A DNA stretch of 64,000 nt from Nitrosopumilus sp. (GTDB taxonomy: Archaea; Thermoproteota; Nitrososphaeria; Nitrososphaerales; Nitrosopumilaceae). Positions 20,151-30,329 of the stretch are shown here, in pieces. The stretch's first letter is position 1. Each line of letters begins with the position of its first letter. Below the pieces are notes generated by a model. That model saw only the letters and a program-made list of their open reading frames with translations. It had not been told where the DNA came from and ran no database searches. The DNA lies in NCBI GenBank assembly GCA_965205425.1, contig CBDBGZ010000009.1, positions 608,001-672,000 of the forward strand, read 5' to 3'. A program made the translations under genes and the position numbers.

Positions 20151-20282
20151 TTAGATTCGATCTAAAGTTTTCTTTTTGAATGATGACAGATCGTCTTTGA
20201 TAGATTTTACGAAATTATCGTAATCTCCATCTAATTCTTTCTTTGAATTATCAAGTAATTTTTTAATTTCTTCTTTTGCCAT
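20151..20282 (-). CDS. 43-aa charged helical microprotein between atpD and atpK (not in ORF track)
   Basis: MAKEEIKKLLDNSKKELDGDYDNFVKSIKDDLSSFKKKTLDRI; ATG is 2 nt after the atpD stop. Confidence 0.7.
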   Translation of the reverse strand: MAKEEIKKLLDNSKKELDGDYDNFVKSIKDDLSSFKKKTLDRI

Positions 20283-20284
20283 TA

Positions 20285-20914
20285 TTATCTACTTTCCATC
20301 TTTGCCTTCACTTTTTTTAACTTTGCGAATTCTTCTCTTTCTCTCTCTTCAAGAGTAGATAGAATAAATCGGATATTATCTTTGTATTGTGGAATAATTA
20401 CATTTTCAAGTGCATTTAGCAGTTTTTGTGTCTTTTCTAATGCTTTTGCAAGACTAAAAATAGAATTTTCATATTCTGCTGCTTTACAGATTTTTGGCAT
20501 CAATTCTTTGATTTGTTTTGCTGCTCTATCAATTGAGGAATTTGTATCTGCAAATCCATAAGGCATTGATTTTGTATCTTTCTCAGTTACGGTAAGTGCT
20601 GGAATTTTAACATCAACGACTCTTCTAACATGAACATCTACTTCCATTACAGGTGGAGTAGATTCTGCAACAGAATCAACTGTGTTGGTACCTAGTGCTA
20701 GATATGCCTCATTAACTGATTTGTAAATATCTTGTAAAGGATCCCAAATTCCACCTCTTGCTTTTGATGCTTCTTGAATCATCTCTTCAATATTTTTTAA
20801 GAGAACTTTACGTTTATCATCTAAAATTTGCTGAACCATTACGGCTATTTGTGTAGATTTTTTGTATTTGAAAAGTTCAATTTTTGTTGCTGCAACGTTT
20901 TGTCCAAATGACAT
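20285..20914 (-). CDS. atpD: A/V-type ATP synthase subunit D
   Basis: TK.EL, L..KR..L, NALE.VIIP and LEEREREEF motifs. Confidence 0.95.
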   Translation of the reverse strand: MSFGQNVAATKIELFKYKKSTQIAVMVQQILDDKRKVLLKNIEEMIQEASKARGGIWDPLQDIYKSVNEAYLALGTNTVDSVAESTPPVMEVDVHVRRVVDVKIPALTVTEKDTKSMPYGFADTNSSIDRAAKQIKELMPKICKAAEYENSIFSLAKALEKTQKLLNALENVIIPQYKDNIRFILSTLEEREREEFAKLKKVKAKMESR

Positions 20915-20918
20915 TTAG

Positions 20919-22304
20919 TTACTCTTCCTGGTAATATTTTTCTACGTGCTTGTCTTTGATTTTAGTAATCTCATTCTTTGGTAATTTTGATACAATCTTC
21001 CACATGAGAGCAAGTGTTTCTTCAATAGTTCTGTTCTCATCAGTTGCTTGTGTAAGAAATTCTTTTTCAAATGTATCACCTAGTTCCAAGTATTTGAGGT
21101 CAATTTCAGTAAGACCTGCTTTACCTACAATACCTGCTAGTGCTCTTACTTCTTGTGATCTAGAATATGCATCATAAACCTGATTAGAAACTTCACTGTG
21201 ATCATCTCTGGTACTTCCTTCACCAATTCCGTCTTTCATCAGCCTACTAAGACTCGACAAAATATTGATTGGTGGATAAACTCCTTGTCTGAATAAATCT
21301 CTACCAACTACGATTTGTCCCTCAGTAATGTAACCAGTAAGGTCAGGGATTGGGTGAGTAATGTCATCAGATGGCATTGATAGAATTGGAACTTGTGTTA
21401 CACTTCCTTTTCTTCCATTAAGTTTTCCTGCTCTTTCATAAAGTGTTGAAAGGTCAGTGTAAAGATAACCAGGATATCCTTTTCTTCCAGGAACTTCTTC
21501 TCTTGCTGCACTAATCTCTCTTAGTGCCTCTGCATAGTTTGTCATGTCAGTAATTACTACTAGAACATGCATTCCTAATTCAAATGCCAAATATTCTGCT
21601 ACAGTTAATGCTACACGCGGAGTGATGATTCTTTCAATTGCAGGATCATCTGCAGTGTTTAAGAATAGAACACTTCTTTTGAGTGCACCAGATTCTTCAA
21701 GACTTCGTCTGAAATATTCTGCTTCACTGTATTGCACACCAATTGCTGCAAAGACTACAGCAAAGTCATCTTGTTTTCCAACAACACTTGCTTGTCTTGC
21801 AATTTGTGCTGCCAAAAGATTGTGAGACATACCAGAACCTGAAAAGATTGGAAGTTTTTGTCCTCTAACTAGAGTCATCAATCCATCAATTACAGATACA
21901 CCAGTTTGAATGAAATCCTTTGGATATTCACGTTGTTCTGGATTCATTGGTTCACCGTTAATATCTACAAATTTATCAGCAATTGGATCTGGGAGTCCAT
22001 CTTTTGGTCTTCCTAATCCATCAAATACTCTACCAAGTACCTCTTTTGATACTGGCATTTCCATAACTTTACCTACAAATTTTGCGTTAGTTCCAGAGAT
22101 TGATAATCCAGTTGTTCCCTCAAAGACTTGTACAATTGCTTTTCCATTTCCTACTTCGAGAACTTTACCTAATCTTCTTTCGCCTTCAGTAGTTTCAATT
22201 TCAACTAATTCATCAAATGCTGCATTTTCAACATCATCTACAACAACTAATGGACCTTTGATTTCTGCAATCTTACTGTATTGAACTCCACCTTCTGCTG
22301 TCAA
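20919..22304 (-). CDS. atpB: A/V-type ATP synthase subunit B
   Basis: [23 protein letters not shown] and [18 protein letters not shown] motifs. Confidence 0.98.
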   Translation of the reverse strand: MTAEGGVQYSKIAEIKGPLVVVDDVENAAFDELVEIETTEGERRLGKVLEVGNGKAIVQVFEGTTGLSISGTNAKFVGKVMEMPVSKEVLGRVFDGLGRPKDGLPDPIADKFVDINGEPMNPEQREYPKDFIQTGVSVIDGLMTLVRGQKLPIFSGSGMSHNLLAAQIARQASVVGKQDDFAVVFAAIGVQYSEAEYFRRSLEESGALKRSVLFLNTADDPAIERIITPRVALTVAEYLAFELGMHVLVVITDMTNYAEALREISAAREEVPGRKGYPGYLYTDLSTLYERAGKLNGRKGSVTQVPILSMPSDDITHPIPDLTGYITEGQIVVGRDLFRQGVYPPINILSSLSRLMKDGIGEGSTRDDHSEVSNQVYDAYSRSQEVRALAGIVGKAGLTEIDLKYLELGDTFEKEFLTQATDENRTIEETLALMWKIVSKLPKNEITKIKDKHVEKYYQEE

Positions 22305-24079
22305 TTTGATACTTTAACTCCTGAAATTGATTTGAATTGTTCTTGCATATCTTTATCTAATTGTTCAAGTTTTGGCATCTCATCATCTTTGATATCCATT
22401 CTTGCTTTAAGTAAACTGCTTACTACACCTAATTCACGTATATCAGATAATGCTGTACCTTCTTTGAGTGCTAGTTGTCCTTTCTTGTAAAAGTCAACCA
22501 ATAATTTCATTAATTTGAATTGTTTTTCTGGACTACAATAAGTATCAACATCATCAAATGAGTTTTGTTGTAACAAACCAATCTTTACCATTCTTGCAAC
22601 CTCAAGAATTAATTTTTCTTCATCAGGTAATGCTTCAGGACCTAAGAGTCTAACAATTTCTTTTAGTGTGTCTTCTCTTTGTAGAATACCATAAGTTTCA
22701 CTTCTAATGTTAAACCAATCTTCACTAATGTTTTCACTCCACCATTTTGCAATATCTGCAAGATAGCCAGAATAGCTGTTCATCCAATTAATTGAGGGAT
22801 AGTGTCTAGAGTATGCAAGTTTTGCATCCAAAGCCCAAAAAGTTTTGATAAATCTCATTGTGTGAGTTGTAACTGGTTCTGTAAAGTCACCACCAGATGG
22901 AGAGACAGCACCAATCAAAGTAACTGAACCGTTACGGTCTGGACTACCAGATGCCTGAACACGACCTGCTCTTTCATAAAATTCTGCCAATCTAGATGCT
23001 AAGTATGATGGATAACCTTCTTCTGCAGGCATCTCTTCCAACCTGCCACTCATTTCTCTGAGTGATTCAGCCCATCTACTTGTAGAATCGGCTACTAGTA
23101 CAACGTCTTTACCCATATCTCTGTAATATTCTGCAATTGTGACACCAGTGTAGATACTTGCTTCTCTTGCGGCTACTGGCATGTTACTTGTATTTGCAAC
23201 AAGAACAGTTCTATCCATAAGTGGTTTTCCACTACGTGGATCTTTAAGATGTGGAAATTCAACTAATACTTCAGTCATTTCATTTCCTCTTTCACCACAA
23301 CCAATGTAAACAACAACTTGAGAATCAGCCCATTTTGCAATTTGGTGCAATGTAACAGTCTTTCCTGTTCCAAATGCTCCAGGAATTGAACCAGTTCCTC
23401 CTTTTGCAATTGGGAAGAATGTGTCAATAACACGTTGTCCAGTTAAGAGTGGGACAGTTGGATCGTGTCTCTTATTGTAAGGACGTGGTTTTCGTACTGG
23501 CCATTTGTGATACATTTTAACATCAACTGATTGTCCATCTTTTTCAGTAGTAGCTAGTAGAGTTTCTAAATCGTAATCTCCTTCGGATACAAGATTTGAT
23601 AGTTTTCCACCTTTATGATCTGGTGGAAGCATGATAGGGTGTTCGATAAGATCAGTTTCTTGAACAGTTCCGATAATATTTCCTGCAGCAACTTCATCTC
23701 CATTACTTGCAGTTGGAACAAAATGATATTTTTTTGTCATGTCTACAGCAGATGTTGTGATACCCCTTCCGATGAAGGAACCAGATGCTTTAGATAATTC
23801 TCTTAATGGTCTTTGAATTCCATCATAAAGTTGTCCAATAATTCCTGGACCTAATAATACACTGAGTGGGTTTCCAGTACCAACTACAGGCTCACCTGGT
23901 TTTAATCCACTTGTTGATTCGTATACTTGAATGAATGCTACATCTCCGGTAAGTCGAATAACTTCACCTACTAATTTTGAATTTCCTACAGTTACAGTCT
24001 CGTACATTTTTGCATCAGACATACCGTCTGCTCTTACAGCTGGGCCACTTACCCAAACAATTCTACCTTGAGCTGCCAT
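22301..24079 (-). CDS. atpA: A/V-type ATP synthase subunit A (no intein)
   Basis: P-loop [16 protein letters not shown] and EEGYPSYL motifs; 592 aa. Confidence 0.98.
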   Translation of the reverse strand: MAAQGRIVWVSGPAVRADGMSDAKMYETVTVGNSKLVGEVIRLTGDVAFIQVYESTSGLKPGEPVVGTGNPLSVLLGPGIIGQLYDGIQRPLRELSKASGSFIGRGITTSAVDMTKKYHFVPTASNGDEVAAGNIIGTVQETDLIEHPIMLPPDHKGGKLSNLVSEGDYDLETLLATTEKDGQSVDVKMYHKWPVRKPRPYNKRHDPTVPLLTGQRVIDTFFPIAKGGTGSIPGAFGTGKTVTLHQIAKWADSQVVVYIGCGERGNEMTEVLVEFPHLKDPRSGKPLMDRTVLVANTSNMPVAAREASIYTGVTIAEYYRDMGKDVVLVADSTSRWAESLREMSGRLEEMPAEEGYPSYLASRLAEFYERAGRVQASGSPDRNGSVTLIGAVSPSGGDFTEPVTTHTMRFIKTFWALDAKLAYSRHYPSINWMNSYSGYLADIAKWWSENISEDWFNIRSETYGILQREDTLKEIVRLLGPEALPDEEKLILEVARMVKIGLLQQNSFDDVDTYCSPEKQFKLMKLLVDFYKKGQLALKEGTALSDIRELGVVSSLLKARMDIKDDEMPKLEQLDKDMQEQFKSISGVKVSN

Positions 24080-24082
24080 TTT

Positions 24083-24700
24083 CTAATTTCCCACTCCGAA
24101 TTTTGCTGCAATTTCTTTCCTTATTAAAGGCTTCAGACGTTCAATTCTGGCATCGATCGTATTATCGAATGTCATTGTACCATCTTTAGATTTTACTTTA
24201 ATTCCTCCAAGACAATCAATTGTATCAGAGGATAGTTCTGCTCCTGAAAATTGAGATAATGCAGACTGGACAACGTCTTTGTCTTTTGCGTTTGTAGAAA
24301 TACTAATTTCTGAAGTACCCAAAATTTGGGTTGCTTCTTCAATCAAAATTTTAATGAGATTTGAATAATCGCCACTGCGATCAGCATTTGCAATTTGGTC
24401 TAATGCGGTTGAAAATACCTTATCAACTGCTTCCTCTAATGCCATTAGTTGTTTATTTCTGGCTTCAATATCTGCACTTCCTGTGATCTGTTTTTCGATC
24501 TTGTCAGCCTCTTTTTTGCCATCAGAGATAATTTTATCATGTTCACTTTCCAATTTAGGAATAGCAGCATCTAGATTTTGTTGAGAATCATCTAATCCAG
24601 ATTTAATATTTGCCAAAATATCTTGTTCAGTGTTTTTTAGAATTTTGTCAATTGTACTTTCTAATGCAGAATTAGATGCCAATGGGTGCCGTTGACCCAT
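24083..24700 (-). CDS. atpE: A/V-type ATP synthase subunit E
   Basis: N-terminal coiled coil, GGI...DG...DNT...R motif; directly upstream of atpA. Confidence 0.92.
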   Translation of the reverse strand: MGQRHPLASNSALESTIDKILKNTEQDILANIKSGLDDSQQNLDAAIPKLESEHDKIISDGKKEADKIEKQITGSADIEARNKQLMALEEAVDKVFSTALDQIANADRSGDYSNLIKILIEEATQILGTSEISISTNAKDKDVVQSALSQFSGAELSSDTIDCLGGIKVKSKDGTMTFDNTIDARIERLKPLIRKEIAAKFGVGN

Positions 24701-24769
24701 AATGGATTTTAATGTTTGGGATGCTAATCAGAAAGATATTAAACTCAATAAAAATACCCAAAATTTGTC

Positions 24770-26869
24770 TTGGGAACAGCCGATCTAAAACTAGGAACCG
24801 TAATTTTACCAAGAAGTGAGTCTCCTAAAGCAATTTCAAGATTAACAGAGTTTGAGTGGTATCACAAAATTGATTCTGTCGGGGATTTAGTTACGCCTGA
24901 AATCGATGATTTGTTACTAAAAGCACAGCAAACTTACCAATCCATTGATGATGTCATCAAAGGGATGGGAATTCCTCTAGAAGTTGGAATTATGGAGATT
25001 CTATTCAAAGGAACTGTAATCAAGAAAAAAGACTATGAGATTAATGAAATTGAAGATATGGTAGAGCAGTTAAACAAAGAAGCTCCATCAATTATTGATA
25101 AACCAGCAGAACTTCTTGAAGAAGCAGCAACTGCCAGAGTTTCCATTGAAGAATACAAGTCACTCAAAGACACCTTAGAAGTAATTAAAAAATTAAAGAT
25201 GGATATTTCAGGATTTGGTTTAATGAGACACTTTTTCACAAATCTTTTTATAATTAATTCTGCAGATTATGATGAAATTAGTCGTTCCCTTGAAGGCATT
25301 ACTATTTACAAATATGACTTAGAGAATAAAGAAAAAGCAGCAATCTTGATTATTTCTGATTCTACAGATTCTGAAAAAGTTCTCAAAGTTTTACGTAGTT
25401 TCAATTCTAACACATTTAAAATTCCTGAAGGATTTCCTCAAATTCCTAGTGAGGCATATGCACTTGCAGAATCAAAAATAAAAGAGCTAGAAACAAAACA
25501 AGCCTCAATCAAAAAAGAGTTAGGAAAAATTACAAAGAAAGTTAGACGAGATATTCTAGCATTACATGAAAAAGCACAAGTTGCAAAAGATGTTCTTGAG
25601 ACTTTGAGAAAACCAGGTGGAACCAAAAACTTTGCAGTAATTCAAGGATTTATTCCAAAGAAAATGGAGGCAAAATTTACAGATTCAACTAAACAATGGA
25701 TGTCAGTTGTAGAAGATATCACTGACCCTAAACTAAAAGAAGAGATTCCAACCTTATTTGACAATAAACGATTTGTAAGAACTTTTGAAGTAATCACAAA
25801 AAGTCAGGGAATTCCAAAGGCTGGAGAACCAGACCCAACGCCTATGATTGCCCTAATGTGGCCAATTTTCTATGGACTGATGTTTGCAGATATGGGTCAC
25901 GGACTATTACTCATGGCTTTAGGATTACTATTCAAATTCAAAGGACAGGGAGAATTATCAAAATGGGGAATGCTCATTGCAATCTCTGGTGCATCGGCAG
26001 CTATAGCGGGTGTGGCGGCAGGAGAAGCATTTGGTTTCCATCTTGATCATATGGGTCCATTTGAAGGATTGTTGAAAGAAGGTGGAGCATTACATTCAGT
26101 TAGTTGGATAGTAGGTATTCTCAGTGTTGCTGAATTAACATTTGAACAAGTAATCAATATTCTCAAAGTTTCATTATTCATCGGAATCGTACACTTGGTT
26201 TGGGCAATGTCTCTACGTGTAATCAGATTACTAAAAGAAGGACACAAAATGGTAGTCTTTACTGAAGCAATTCCAAACATTACACTCTACGGAGGAATTG
26301 TTGTTATCATGATGTGTGCAATTGGTTCACAATATGACGTCATGAACATGTATTCCAAAGTTCACACAGAAGCTGTTCCTTGGGTAACAATGTTCCTAGG
26401 AGATTGGGCAGAAGTTTGGATTATTACAAGAATTTCAATTATTATCGTACTAGCATCAATGGTCATCATGATGGTTGGTGGCGTAATGCATGCAAAGAAA
26501 CATCCCGAAGATGGAGCAGATCCTGCCAGTGTAATCATGGAAGTTCTCTTAGGTAAAACAGTAGAGAGTTTAGCTCACACAATTAGTTATGCTCGACTTG
26601 GAATTATGTTACTGGTGCATGCGGCTCTGCTGATGACAGTAAACAATGCGTTCACATCTCTAGGAGGTGCCGAGTCTGGAGCTGCAATGGCCATGATTAT
26701 TGGAGGTAACTTGGGAATCATGATGATTGAAGGATTAATTGTATACATCCAGTCTCTAAGATTGCACTTGTATGAATTCTTTACAAAATGGTACGTAGGT
26801 GGTGCACAACCATTTAGACAAATTAGACCAGAATTGATTTACAATCAATTCATCTGGAAGAAGAAATAA
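24770..26869 (+). CDS. atpI: A/V-type ATP synthase subunit I/a (divergent from atpEABD)
   Basis: DPT, FYGLMFADMGHG, ISYARL and LRLHLYEFF motifs. Confidence 0.97.
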   Translation: MGTADLKLGTVILPRSESPKAISRLTEFEWYHKIDSVGDLVTPEIDDLLLKAQQTYQSIDDVIKGMGIPLEVGIMEILFKGTVIKKKDYEINEIEDMVEQLNKEAPSIIDKPAELLEEAATARVSIEEYKSLKDTLEVIKKLKMDISGFGLMRHFFTNLFIINSADYDEISRSLEGITIYKYDLENKEKAAILIISDSTDSEKVLKVLRSFNSNTFKIPEGFPQIPSEAYALAESKIKELETKQASIKKELGKITKKVRRDILALHEKAQVAKDVLETLRKPGGTKNFAVIQGFIPKKMEAKFTDSTKQWMSVVEDITDPKLKEEIPTLFDNKRFVRTFEVITKSQGIPKAGEPDPTPMIALMWPIFYGLMFADMGHGLLLMALGLLFKFKGQGELSKWGMLIAISGASAAIAGVAAGEAFGFHLDHMGPFEGLLKEGGALHSVSWIVGILSVAELTFEQVINILKVSLFIGIVHLVWAMSLRVIRLLKEGHKMVVFTEAIPNITLYGGIVVIMMCAIGSQYDVMNMYSKVHTEAVPWVTMFLGDWAEVWIITRISIIIVLASMVIMMVGGVMHAKKHPEDGADPASVIMEVLLGKTVESLAHTISYARLGIMLLVHAALLMTVNNAFTSLGGAESGAAMAMIIGGNLGIMMIEGLIVYIQSLRLHLYEFFTKWYVGGAQPFRQIRPELIYNQFIWKKK

Positions 26870-26906
26870 TTCTTAACTAATTTTTAGTGTAATGAATTTT
26901 CAGATT

Positions 26907-27105
26907 TTATTCTAATCCTTTTTCTAGCTTTATTTTTTTAATCACATCTTTAACTAATTCTTCATCTTTTATGACTAGTTCTTGCAATTTTTTTCTTATA
27001 TTCTTCATCACCCCATTTTTCTAGATTAAACATTTCTTTCACTAATTTTACAATTTCAGATTTATTTCTCTGATGATCACGTTTAGCTATTTCTGAACCT
27101 TCCAT
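26907..27105 (-). pseudogene. Small helical protein with an apparent 1-nt frameshift in an A7 tract
   Basis: MEGSEIAKRDHQRNKSEIVKLVKEMFNLEKWGDEEYKKK, then LQELVIKDEELVKDVIKKIKLEKGLE* in another frame; 199 bp = 66 codons + 1. Confidence 0.55.
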
Positions 27106-27152
27106 GATTTTTCTGAAAGAATAATGAACTTAAGAATATTGATGATTGGAAT

Positions 27153-27947
27153 CTAATTATTTTCATATAGATTTACTGTGACTTTTGTAGTCCATGGTTT
27201 TAGATTATCAGGGAAGATTACTAGTAGACCACTATCTTTTTTGATATTATTACAGGTGCCACTGTAGCTTTGTTTATTTTGTCCATAGCAACCTGATTCT
27301 GAATAATAATCAAATTTAGAACTAGTAAAGTGATCTTTTTGTAAAGATGATGAAACAAAATATACATCAAAACCCAAATCTTTGTTATCTGTTTTTACAC
27401 TATAATTGTACGATGTAGAATCCTGTGATGTGCAAATGGGGAAAAACTGAGCATATCCATTTTTAATTTTTAATTGTTGTTCAAAATTATCATAATTTTT
27501 GTTTTCAATATCAGGATATACAGAAACGCTAGGATCTGAACTTAATTGTTGACCTTGGACATATTCTATCTCATGTCTAACAGTATCTACTGCCTTTCTA
27601 TACAGCATTGGTTGCCATTCTTCTTGACAATCACTAAATTCATGCTTTAATTCAACATATGATTTACCGTTGATTTCATGGAGTTGATTTATGTTGTATT
27701 CTTTAGATTCTGCATTAAAGACTTGATTCACATTACTGATTTTATCGGATTTATGCCAAGTGTTTGTAACATCAAAAATAATATTTTTTGAATCACTTTG
27801 CCATTCGGATAGTAAATGAACATACACTGAATATTTGTTAACAACTTCTTGAGTTTCTGATGCAAAAATCAAATGACCAAAAAATGCATTTATAAAAATT
27901 ATAGAAAATGCAAGAACTGGAATAATTGCATAGAGAATTTTATTCAT
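27153..27947 (-). CDS. Exported hypothetical protein (probable start 27947, MNKILYAII)
   Basis: N-terminal hydrophobic segment and several Cys; its ATG overlaps the stop of the upstream microprotein. Confidence 0.75.
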   Translation of the reverse strand: MNKILYAIIPVLAFSIIFINAFFGHLIFASETQEVVNKYSVYVHLLSEWQSDSKNIIFDVTNTWHKSDKISNVNQVFNAESKEYNINQLHEINGKSYVELKHEFSDCQEEWQPMLYRKAVDTVRHEIEYVQGQQLSSDPSVSVYPDIENKNYDNFEQQLKIKNGYAQFFPICTSQDSTSYNYSVKTDNKDLGFDVYFVSSSLQKDHFTSSKFDYYSESGCYGQNKQSYSGTCNNIKKDSGLLVIFPDNLKPWTTKVTVNLYENN

Positions 27948-28068
27948 TTTGACCTCCAAAACAACTAAAAGATAATCCACAAAAACCACATGAGAATTTT
28001 TCATCTTTACATTCTATTTTTTCTGAACCACATTTGGGACATTCTTTACTTTTGATTAATTCAGTCAT
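27940..28068 (-). CDS. CPxCG-type zinc-ribbon microprotein, 42 aa (not in ORF track)
   Basis: MTELIKSKECPKCGSEKIECKDEKFSCGFCGLSFSCFGGQNE; start/stop overlaps with the genes on both sides. Confidence 0.78.
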   Translation of the reverse strand: MTELIKSKECPKCGSEKIECKDEKFSCGFCGLSFSCFGGQNE

Positions 28069-28538
28069 TCTTTCTCCTCAAAGATTGATTTTGAAATAAT
28101 GCCAATTACTGCACCAAAAATAATATGTCTAGACATAGTCATTGCTGGAACTTCAGGAGCAATATTTAATCCTGCAACACCAGCTCCTAAAGCTGGAAGT
28201 ATTCCAAACCATACAGTTGTAGCAGTTACAATTACTCCAAAAATTACTCCATGTATCCAAATTCTGCCATTTAAAATTCTCCTTGAAATAGACATGAAGA
28301 CATATCCGAAGAATAGAGTTAAACCTATACCATTTAGAATATGGAAAATATTTCCAATGATTATTGCAGATTCATCTTCTCCAACAATTAATTGTCCTAA
28401 GACAACTGAAATGTCTAAAGGTACTCCAGTAATTTCCATATCAATAAAGGCGGCAATGTAAAATGCCAAAGTTCCTACTAATCCAGCAATTACCAGACGA
28501 GAAAACTTTTGATTTCTGTATACTTGTTTTACACTCAT
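28065..28538 (-). CDS. 4-TM membrane protein with two intramembrane His (DUF6789/DUF1440-like)
   Basis: AGLVGT, G..FH..NG, G..FG, P.LG.G and RHIIFG pattern. Confidence 0.7.
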   Translation of the reverse strand: MSVKQVYRNQKFSRLVIAGLVGTLAFYIAAFIDMEITGVPLDISVVLGQLIVGEDESAIIIGNIFHILNGIGLTLFFGYVFMSISRRILNGRIWIHGVIFGVIVTATTVWFGILPALGAGVAGLNIAPEVPAMTMSRHIIFGAVIGIISKSIFEEKE

Positions 28539-28539
28539 C

Positions 28540-28833
28540 TTAGTTTACTCCAGATGCTTTTGAATTCAACCACGATGAGAGTAATTTTGAGGCTTTGGGT
28601 ATAATGAATGTCATGTAAGACGGAATTACAATTGCATTGATCATAATTACTCCCCAGAGAGGCATAAAGGAAGCCATTGAATCTAGTGCTACATTTAATC
28701 CAAAAGCCATAGGAATTGCTACTGTTACAGCAACAAGAGCTCGTTTAGAATAAGGTGGAAGACTAGACGATTGTTTATTTTTAGAGTTAGTTCTAAAAAA
28801 GAAAAAAGAAGGAGTTCGCATCATATTCATCAA
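28540..28833 (-). CDS. 2-TM protein resembling the membrane module of COG3224 (ABM-fused) proteins
   Basis: PP..K.AL....AIP....LN......MP...MT.IIP..SKLL..WL pattern. Confidence 0.6.
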   Translation of the reverse strand: MMNMMRTPSFFFFRTNSKNKQSSSLPPYSKRALVAVTVAIPMAFGLNVALDSMASFMPLWGVIMINAIVIPSYMTFIIPKASKLLSSWLNSKASGVN

Positions 28834-29168
28834 TCTGTACTTTGCAAATACTCCACTACATTCTGGGTTGTTCTTAATGGAACAATTTTTGTAGAATTGA
28901 ATTTTGCAACTTTAGTTTCTACCATAAGATCTTGTATTGCATGTGCTCCAGGAGCTTCAACTATCCATTCGAAGGTATGCTCTAAACCAGAGTGATACAT
29001 TGATAGAACTTTGATTCCTTTTGCATTTGCATCTTGTTCAAAGGTAGATGCTACCTGTAGAAGCAATTTTTTATTTTCCTCATTAAAAAGTGGGCATGCT
29101 TCAGTTGTATGAGTACCATAGATTCCATAGGTTCCCGTTGTTTGGTTTTCTGTTTGTTGTATTGTCAT
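28830..29168 (-). CDS. DUF3303/GYD-like small alpha+beta barrel protein with HxxExCP motif (probable start 29168)
   Basis: YGIYGTHTTEACP...H..EHTF.WIVEA...I.PL pattern. Confidence 0.65.
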   Translation of the reverse strand: MTIQQTENQTTGTYGIYGTHTTEACPLFNEENKKLLLQVASTFEQDANAKGIKVLSMYHSGLEHTFEWIVEAPGAHAIQDLMVETKVAKFNSTKIVPLRTTQNVVEYLQSTD

Positions 29169-29220
29169 GTTATAATATAATGAGAAATAGTACATAGGCT
29201 GACCGGACTTATTTTTATCA

Positions 29221-29290
29221 AAAAATGTCCAGATTGGACGTAAATAATAGGTTAAAAAGAAAAAATCTATCTAAAAATGTCCAGATTGGA
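29221..29290. promoter_or_regulatory. Two identical 18-bp boxes AAAAATGTCCAGATTGGA (29221-29238, 29273-29290); candidate operators
   Basis: Perfect direct repeat with a quasi-palindromic TCCA-GAT-TGGA core, 52-bp period, in a divergent intergenic region. Confidence 0.65.
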
Positions 29291-29321
29291 AATGAATATT
29301 AGATTGTTCAAATAATAAAAT

Positions 29322-30317
29322 TTGTTGGTAGACGAAGTAGACAGAATCATCTTATCACAGTTAGGGAAAAATGCTAGAATGTCTTCACAAGAATTACAAA
29401 AGATACTTGATGCATTAGGACACAATATCACTGATAGAGGAATTAGACATCGATTACAAAAATTAGAAAAAAATAATGTGATACTAGGATACTCTGCAAT
29501 TTTAAATCCTAATATTTTATCAGAAAAAATTAATCGCACCATAGTTTTGAAATTTAAATTTTCTAAAGATACTCCTGAATTAATTGACAGATTATCTAGC
29601 TATGTTATTGATGCTCAATTTTGTACATTTTCTAGTAGATTAAGTGGAGATTATGATTGGATATGTCATTTTGTTTTTGATTCTATTGAGCAATATGATC
29701 TTGAAACAAATAATTTTCTAAATAGATTTGGTGAATTAATTTCTGATTTTAGATCCTATGAATCAAATACCATAAAATCATCTCCTTACATGATTTATGA
29801 TGAACAAGAAACAAAAGAGAGAAAAAGACGGATTTATGAAATTTTAGAATCATTAAAAAAATATGACAATATTAACGATAGATTCCAAGAAATTGTTGAA
29901 TGTGTTGTAAAATATTTTGATGCATCGTTTGCTCGTATTTGGTTTGTAGATAAACAAAGGAAGGAATTGATTCTCAAATTTAGTGCTGGAAAATATACGC
30001 AAATTGATGGTAGTTTTTCTAAAGTATCAATTAATTCATTAAAAATTGGACAAATTGCAAAAACCAACAAGCCTGTAGTTTCAAATGATGTAGTAAATGA
30101 TCCGCGAATCAAAATACATGATTGGGCAAAAAAAGAGAAACTCAAATCATTTGTGGGTTATCCATTATCCTACAAAGGAAAAGCAGTGGCTGTAGTAGCA
30201 ATGTTTAGCAAGAAAAAAATGAATCATCTTGAATTTGAACTATTTGGATTATTCTCTGAGCAGCTCTCAAAAGAATTAACTGGGTTTTTTGAGGCTAAAG
30301 ATTTTCTTTCAGAATAG
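29322..30317 (+). CDS. Lrp/AsnC-family regulator fused to a C-terminal GAF domain
   Basis: DEVDRIIL..L..NAR.S HTH, G.YD RAM motif, then ARIW...IGQIA....P...ND...DPR...SFVGYPL...AVVAMFS (GAF). Confidence 0.88.
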   Translation: MLVDEVDRIILSQLGKNARMSSQELQKILDALGHNITDRGIRHRLQKLEKNNVILGYSAILNPNILSEKINRTIVLKFKFSKDTPELIDRLSSYVIDAQFCTFSSRLSGDYDWICHFVFDSIEQYDLETNNFLNRFGELISDFRSYESNTIKSSPYMIYDEQETKERKRRIYEILESLKKYDNINDRFQEIVECVVKYFDASFARIWFVDKQRKELILKFSAGKYTQIDGSFSKVSINSLKIGQIAKTNKPVVSNDVVNDPRIKIHDWAKKEKLKSFVGYPLSYKGKAVAVVAMFSKKKMNHLEFELFGLFSEQLSKELTGFFEAKDFLSE

Positions 30318-30329
30318 AATTTAAGAAAA

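Noticed and set aside
20950..26280. Many antisense or alternate-frame ORFs of 60-170 aa here and across the window
   Set aside because: They are shadows of well-supported genes and carry no motifs of their own.
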